NCBI RefSeq assembly: GCF_006345805.1
Contig: NC_043004.1
Location: 61,318,001 to 61,382,000 of the forward strand
Source: Octopus sinensis
Taxonomy: Eukaryota
Length of the DNA: 64,000 nt
Direction: 5' to 3'
The stretch's first letter is position 1. The number at the start of each line of letters is the position of its first letter. This document shows, piece after piece, positions 58,279-64,000 of the stretch. The notes under the pieces are model-generated. The model had not been told where the DNA came from and did not search any database. It was given only the letters and a program-made list of their open reading frames with translations. The position numbers and the translations under genes are program-made.

Positions 58279-58497
58279 GTAGGTTACTCGTTTCATAATA
58301 CATTCTGTATTTGTATTCACCAGTATACACGTCCCATAAAACTAAAACTTATTATACATGTGCGTGTTTGTGTAAGAATATATAATGCCTAATGTTTCAT
58401 GAGTTTATATATACATACGCATGTATATGTATAAATTCGTTTATACGTATAGGTGTACATAACTCTAAATATATGTATGTATATATCCATCCATTCA

Positions 58498-58552
<55 letters not shown>

Positions 58553-58730
58553 TTATCTAAACAGAAAGATAGATAGATATAAGATATCATTTTTTACGAG
58601 TGTCCGGCATTCCCCATGATAGATCGCTAGTCACTACACACTTTATTTATTTTCTTCCATGTTTCCTTCTGTGATCCTTTCTGTGGAAGAGCGTAGGCTC
58701 GAAAGGTTTCCCCCCTATATGTATATATAT

Positions 58731-58843
<113 letters not shown>

Positions 58844-59039
58844 GTGTGTGTGTGTATGTGTGTGTGTGTGTATATATAATATTTTTCCGTTTATATATTT
58901 GTTTTGCAAGATTCTTCATGTGAAATCGTGTGTTGAAACAGATTTTGTTGTATTTAGGAATGGTCATTTTGCCAGTTTAGCCAATAAAAAAAATAACACC
59001 CACTATATATTTGGTGTTAATTTGCTTCAGGTTTAATTT

Positions 59040-60960
59040 ATTTTTTACATTAATCTTAATCTTATTTCGGCCAGAGTTCTTTCGTCACACTTATGTGACC
59101 TCATCTGTGGTCCTTGCTTTCTTCTTTCTTATTTGTGTGTCTCTCCTTACTAACGGTCAGCCATTTTGTATTTTGTATACACAATGCAAAAGGGAACGCC
59201 AGGTAGGCCTCCACCTCTTCTCCTTAAATGCTCCGGATTACAGACGACTATTCGGAGTAGGCACATGTACACGAGCCATTTTTGCAACATCCACCCACCT
59301 TTCAACAAACTTACTGGGGCAGTACTACACACTTTACCCCCACCTTACTTTTCAAGTTAAACTTGAAAAAGTCGATGAGATCTCGACCGAAGTAGAAAGT
59401 GACTGTCTTCTGTCCATTCAACCTTGTCCACCACACTACCACTTCGACTATAGCCACCAGGCAGAGGAAAACTGCTTTTCCGTCCCGGCAGAAAGAAAAC
59501 GGCGGGGTGATACTCACAGTGGACACGAATGACAACCGGATCCGTCCTACACGTAACACCAACTGTTCGACAAAGCCACACAGGTCAGTAATGCACGGAC
59601 ACTGGACGAGTGCATGTAGGAGAGTTTCATCTCACTGCACACACCTCGGACAGGTCCGTCTCATAGGACTTCTACGTATGTAGAGTTTGTCTCGAAAGTT
59701 CTCCAGGATAACCAGTTAGTTGATCCCTCTCGATGCCCAGATTTTCCCCGAGTTTGTCGACGCTCTGTCCATCCAATAGTCCTCTATAGAATTCCACAGT
59801 AGAACTTCCACCAACAGCGTTGCTCGACAGGCAGAATGCTGTGAGCGCTTGCTGACACTCTAGGTGCCAAGCGCCCTTTCTTGGTCTGCGCTTGACCCAG
59901 GACTGTAGCTTCAATGAGACGAACCGCGGAAAGTCTATTTTGACGAACGGCAACCACACCTGCTTACCTGTAAGGAAACGCTAGAGTTGTCGTAGCCTCA
60001 GTGCATGTCTGCGCATCATTAGTCACGGCATGCCCAGTTCTCTACCTGGCGGTTGTTGACAGCAGATGGACCGCCTGACGTGAAGAACACGTCCCTTCCA
60101 TAATAAGTGGAAGAACAAGCTCTCTAAATTTATCAAGCACGAAGTGGTGCATAGGTCGACAGTCAGGCGGTAGTAGATGGCGGAAGCAATGTACGTATTC
60201 GCCCCCCCCCCCCGCCTGACCCTTCAAGGACAGCTTCCTTTCTGCCCATTTCTGAGTGAGAACGGCTATCCTGCTCTTCACTCCACCTACGTTCTTGTCT
60301 ATTTGGAAGTCTGGACAAAACCAGACCCCGAGGAATTTAACTGGTCCTTCCGTCCAGCGCACTAGAACGCTGTACTGTACCCTACAACGCTCTCTAAGTG
60401 CCGAGCGGCAGGCCCACCGACTTCTCCTATTTGATCATTGCTCCACTCCCCCTAGAGCAGTGCCGACCATCCCATTACCGAGATGTCCGATACTATTATA
60501 GTGACGTCGTCCGTGTAAGACGACAGGAACCTTCAGCATCCTAGATCATGCAGGATGCCCCTCAAAACGTCCATCTTCTGCAGCAACGTCTCGACAGTAC
60601 GTACAGAAGAGTTGAGAGTGGGCCTCTCAGAAGAGGTGAGAATGAGCCAAATCTCGAGTGACTCACTTGCTGACTCGTTCTCTGAAAGCTTGGCACTTCG
60701 AGAAGGATGCGTTCAGCTTCCAGTTTCCGGAGACCTGTCTATTCGTCCTATCTATGTCGACCGGAGAGATCACAAATTTTTTATCTGTGTAGCTCGAAAA
60801 GTTTGAAGAAAAGGAAAAAAGAGCGGGGTTACTTACTGCCCATTTATGGGTGAGCTTGGACACCCTCGTCATGACCTCTTCCTAGTTCCAATCTACCAGG
60901 AGATCAGGTCGGAACTTGACTCCGAGCACTTTCACCGGTCCCTCCATCCAGCAACATAAG
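59040..60960 (-). mobile_element. Deleted Tx1/L1-like ORF2 mosaic (APE end, RT, C-terminal Zn motif), plus a second overlapping fragment at ~60830-60960
   Basis: Minus strand: SYTDKKFV...GNWKLNAS (APE C-terminus), SYTDDVTIIVSD (YADD region), RWTEGPVKFLGVWF, TCPRC..DETLLHALVQCP. The EGPVK.LGV block occurs twice. Confidence 0.82.
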
Positions 60961-61070
60961 TTGCTTCTTGTCGATTTACATTTCCAAGAGCCTAGTTTTA
61001 GACCTACTGCCTTGTCCTGGTTTATATGTGCTGTTGTGCATTCTCGATATTATATCTAATAATAATAATG

Positions 61071-61154
<84 letters not shown>

Positions 61155-61180
61155 GTGATAATAATAATAATTATAATAAC

Positions 61181-61734
61181 GCCCTGAGGCAGTAAAAGCC
61201 AGTGGCTCTCGTGGTTTGTGATTTTAACTGATTGGAAGTGTTATCAAGTACATCGTTTTGTCTTGATATAAAAGATGGGCTACAGCAAATATTCTGCTCA
61301 ATACCACAGATTTGCTTGTCAGTTGTTTAACCTTAACCAGTTGAGCATGTCCCTTTGTGGCTTATGATATGTGCATCTCTGATCACGAGCAGAAGTAGTG
61401 GGGGAGCATCATAGCCATGTGTTCAGAGGGACACTTTGGGGTTTGAATAATTCACCTCTGGGAACATAGGTGGTTCGTTCAACATCCTTAAACAATCCTA
61501 ATTCAATTACTTTTTTTGCTGGATGGTTTACTCGACCAGAAGCAAATTCTAAGTGGGCCCCACCTGCAAGGTCACGTGGTGTTAATTTTGATATGAGATC
61601 ACCATGTCGTGCACATATGGTTGTGATGCATGTGCCTAGTGCACTCTTATCAAACGATTAGTCGTGATGGGTATACAGGGCTTCGTATATTTTACCCCAG
61701 TGTTACTGTGATGGCAAGCACTTCTCTCTCACTC
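61181..61734 (+). mobile_element. Element B, full copy (554 bp)
   Basis: (AAT)n|GCCCTGAGGCAGTA...CTCTCTCACTC|TATAATAAT. Confidence 0.85.
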
Positions 61735-61783
<49 letters not shown>

Positions 61784-61807
61784 GTAATAATAATAATAAT
61801 AATAATA

Positions 61808-62360
61808 GCCCTGATGCAGTACCAGGCAGTGGCTCTCAAGGCTTCTGATCTTAACTGATTGGAGGTGTTATCATGTACATTGTTTTGTCTTGGTTTAAAA
61901 GATGGGCTACAGCAAATATTTTGCTCAATACCACAGATTTGCTTGTCGGTTGTTTGACCTTAACCAGTTGAGCATGTCCCTTAGTGGCTGACGATATGTG
62001 CATCTCTGATCACGGGCAGAAGTAGTGGAGAGCATCATAGCCATGTGTTGAGAGGGATTCTTTAGGGTTTGGATAATTCACCTCTGGAAACATGGGTGAT
62101 TCGTTCAACATCCTTAAACAACCCTTATTCAAGGACTTTTTGAGCGGGATGGGTTACTCTACCAGAAGAAAATTCTGACTGGGCCCCACCTGCAAGGTCA
62201 TGTGCTGTTTATCTTGATATGAGATCACAATATCGCGCACATATGGTTGTGATGCATGTGCCTGGTGTACCCTTATCAGACGGGTAGTCATGATGGGTAT
62301 ACTGGGCTTCATATATTTTACCCCAGTGTCACTTTGATGGCATGCACTGATCTCTCACTC
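61808..62360 (+). mobile_element. Element B, full copy (553 bp), tandem to the previous one
   Basis: (AAT)n|GCCCTGATGCAGTACCAGG...TCTCTCACTC|(AAT)n. Confidence 0.87.
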
Positions 62361-62395
<35 letters not shown>

Positions 62396-62397
62396 TA

Positions 62398-63032
62398 AAA
62401 ACCTGGATTTGCCCCATGAAAAAAAAACTGGTGGGAACACAAACCACCTCCAGTGCTTGAAAATAACCATATCTCACTCCTCTGGAACTTCATCATTCAA
62501 ACTGACAGAAAGATAGATGCAAATAGGCCAGACATCATATTGAAAGACTTCAGACAAAGAACATGCCTCCTCATTGATATGACTGTCCCAAACGATATAA
62601 ACGTATATGTCAAGACCTACCAAAAACTGAGCAAATATAACGATCTTGAAATAGAAATCAGCAAAATGTGGAACCTGAAGAGTAAAACAATACCTGTTGT
62701 CATAGGTGCCCTGGGAATGATAGCAAAAGGAGCTGATTGCTTCCTAACTCAGATAGCAGGAAACCCAAAAATGGCAGAAATTCAAAAGATAGTGCTCATG
62801 GGAACTGCTCATATCCTACGCAAAATACTTTCTATGCAATCTCAAGTTTTAAAACAAGCATAATTTTCGGTTTTTTTTTTGTTAGACATTTACTAGTACA
62901 ACACTAAATACAAAACCAAATATATGGTACACTAGGCATAACAACAACATGAACTTCCTACCTGTTGTCTCTTCAGGTCTCTGGGTGAGACTTGGAGCCA
63001 ACTTGTACAAATATAAAGCAAAAGTCAAACAT
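62398..63032 (+). mobile_element. 5'-truncated R4/Dong RLE fragment of a second subfamily
   Basis: RPDIILKD..LLIDMTVP...KLSKYNDLEIEISKMWNLK..IPVVIGALG..GTAHILRK. Its 3' UTR differs from that of the 9525 element; ends in (AAT)n. Confidence 0.9.
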
Positions 63033-63047
63033 ACAATAATAATAATT

Positions 63048-63078
<31 letters not shown>

Positions 63079-63310
63079 TAATAATAATAATAATAATATG
63101 GTACATCACACGTATTGAGAAGAGCATTGTCGATGTGAGAACTGTTGCTGCTCATGCATTTTAATTTAACTTAAAAAAAAAAATTTTAAATGAACGAACT
63201 ACTGAGTTTGGTTTAATGGCCTACCAATGTATACTCTGAGTTTCTTTGCCCTAGGAGTCGGGAAGACACTCGGCAAGAAATGGAAGCAAATTTGAAAGAG
63301 GAAAAAAAAA

Positions 63311-63350
<40 letters not shown>

Positions 63351-64000
63351 GAGCACTCACAGTGCAAACCTCCACCAAGGCAACACCAATGTCTGCCCAA
63401 CGATTAGTCTGAGGTGATGTTTAAAAAGAGAATATCTGAAAGTAACTCGACTGCTCTCACAAACGAGAATAGTGAAACTGGATCCACTGATCTCAAAAAT
63501 TAAGCAAAACAAGATGGAAAAGTAAGCCAGAGTTTTTCTGGTACCTAATCGAGCCTACTAGTAGCTATGGAAGGTGAAGGTGGGTGTGCGGACCGTTTTT
63601 GTAATGCTGTGTGTGTGTGTGTCGTCTGCAGTGGGAACAGGGACAGTTATCTCTAAGAGGGCCTAGTTTCGTCTATCCACTGATATAGTATCTATATGGC
63701 CATTAAAGTCATAGAGCAAAATTTATCCGTGCATGAAAGAAAACGGAAAGGACCTACATACGGTGATCTTAAGTGAGGTTTAACAACATCGTTGCGCGCA
63801 AACTGTGAGTCCTAAAAGTATTATCTTCCTTGTAGGTAGAGTTAGAAATGCAATTGCCAGGAGATTTTACGTAAGACATTTTAAACAGGAGCAATATATT
63901 CAAAATTGATAAAACTAAAAATTGTCGAGGATAAACTAAATTTATTATTATTATTACTGAATATGTTAGTGTTATTTAATTTCTGAACTATTTTGCAGCC

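Noticed and set aside
61988-62030. CTGACGA in element B as a hammerhead core
   Set aside because: No stem II closes directly after the core, and it is followed by GAAG rather than GAAA.
63836-63870. Candidate 35-nt exon after exon D
   Set aside because: Splice sites are plausible but the translation does not resemble the expected next M13 segment (W..Y/F...) and the length breaks the frame.

Overview
AT-rich, microsatellite-dense eukaryotic DNA. The repeat landscape (tRNA-derived SINE families, (ATT)n/(TA)n/(GATA)n tracts) strongly suggests an octopus/coleoid cephalopod genome; this is an inference, not a database match. The whole window appears to lie inside one + strand gene of the M13 (neprilysin/ECE-like) metallopeptidase family. 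I reconstructed four in-frame exons (6042-6125, 16686-16888, 56265-56447, 58189-58278), separated by introns of about 10.6, 39.4 and 1.7 kb; the N-terminus and catalytic C-terminus lie outside the window. The introns hold a near full-length R4/Dong non-LTR retrotransposon in an (AAT)n tract plus two 3' fragments, and degenerate Tx1/L1-like LINE pieces. They also hold a full-length decayed mariner, other Tc1/mariner relics, a Chapaev3-like transposase relic, MITEs and three SINE families. The two most interesting signals are (1) a TA-embedded 358-nt tandem unit with a degenerate minimal hammerhead ribozyme and a perfect 115-bp inverted arm (Penelope pLTR/retrozyme-like), and (2) a ~555-bp non-coding element found only at (AAT)n boundaries, twice directly upstream of Dong fragments, a candidate non-autonomous microsatellite-targeting passenger. 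Most long ORFs in the track are microsatellite artefacts. There are no CRISPR arrays, rRNA or intact tRNA genes.
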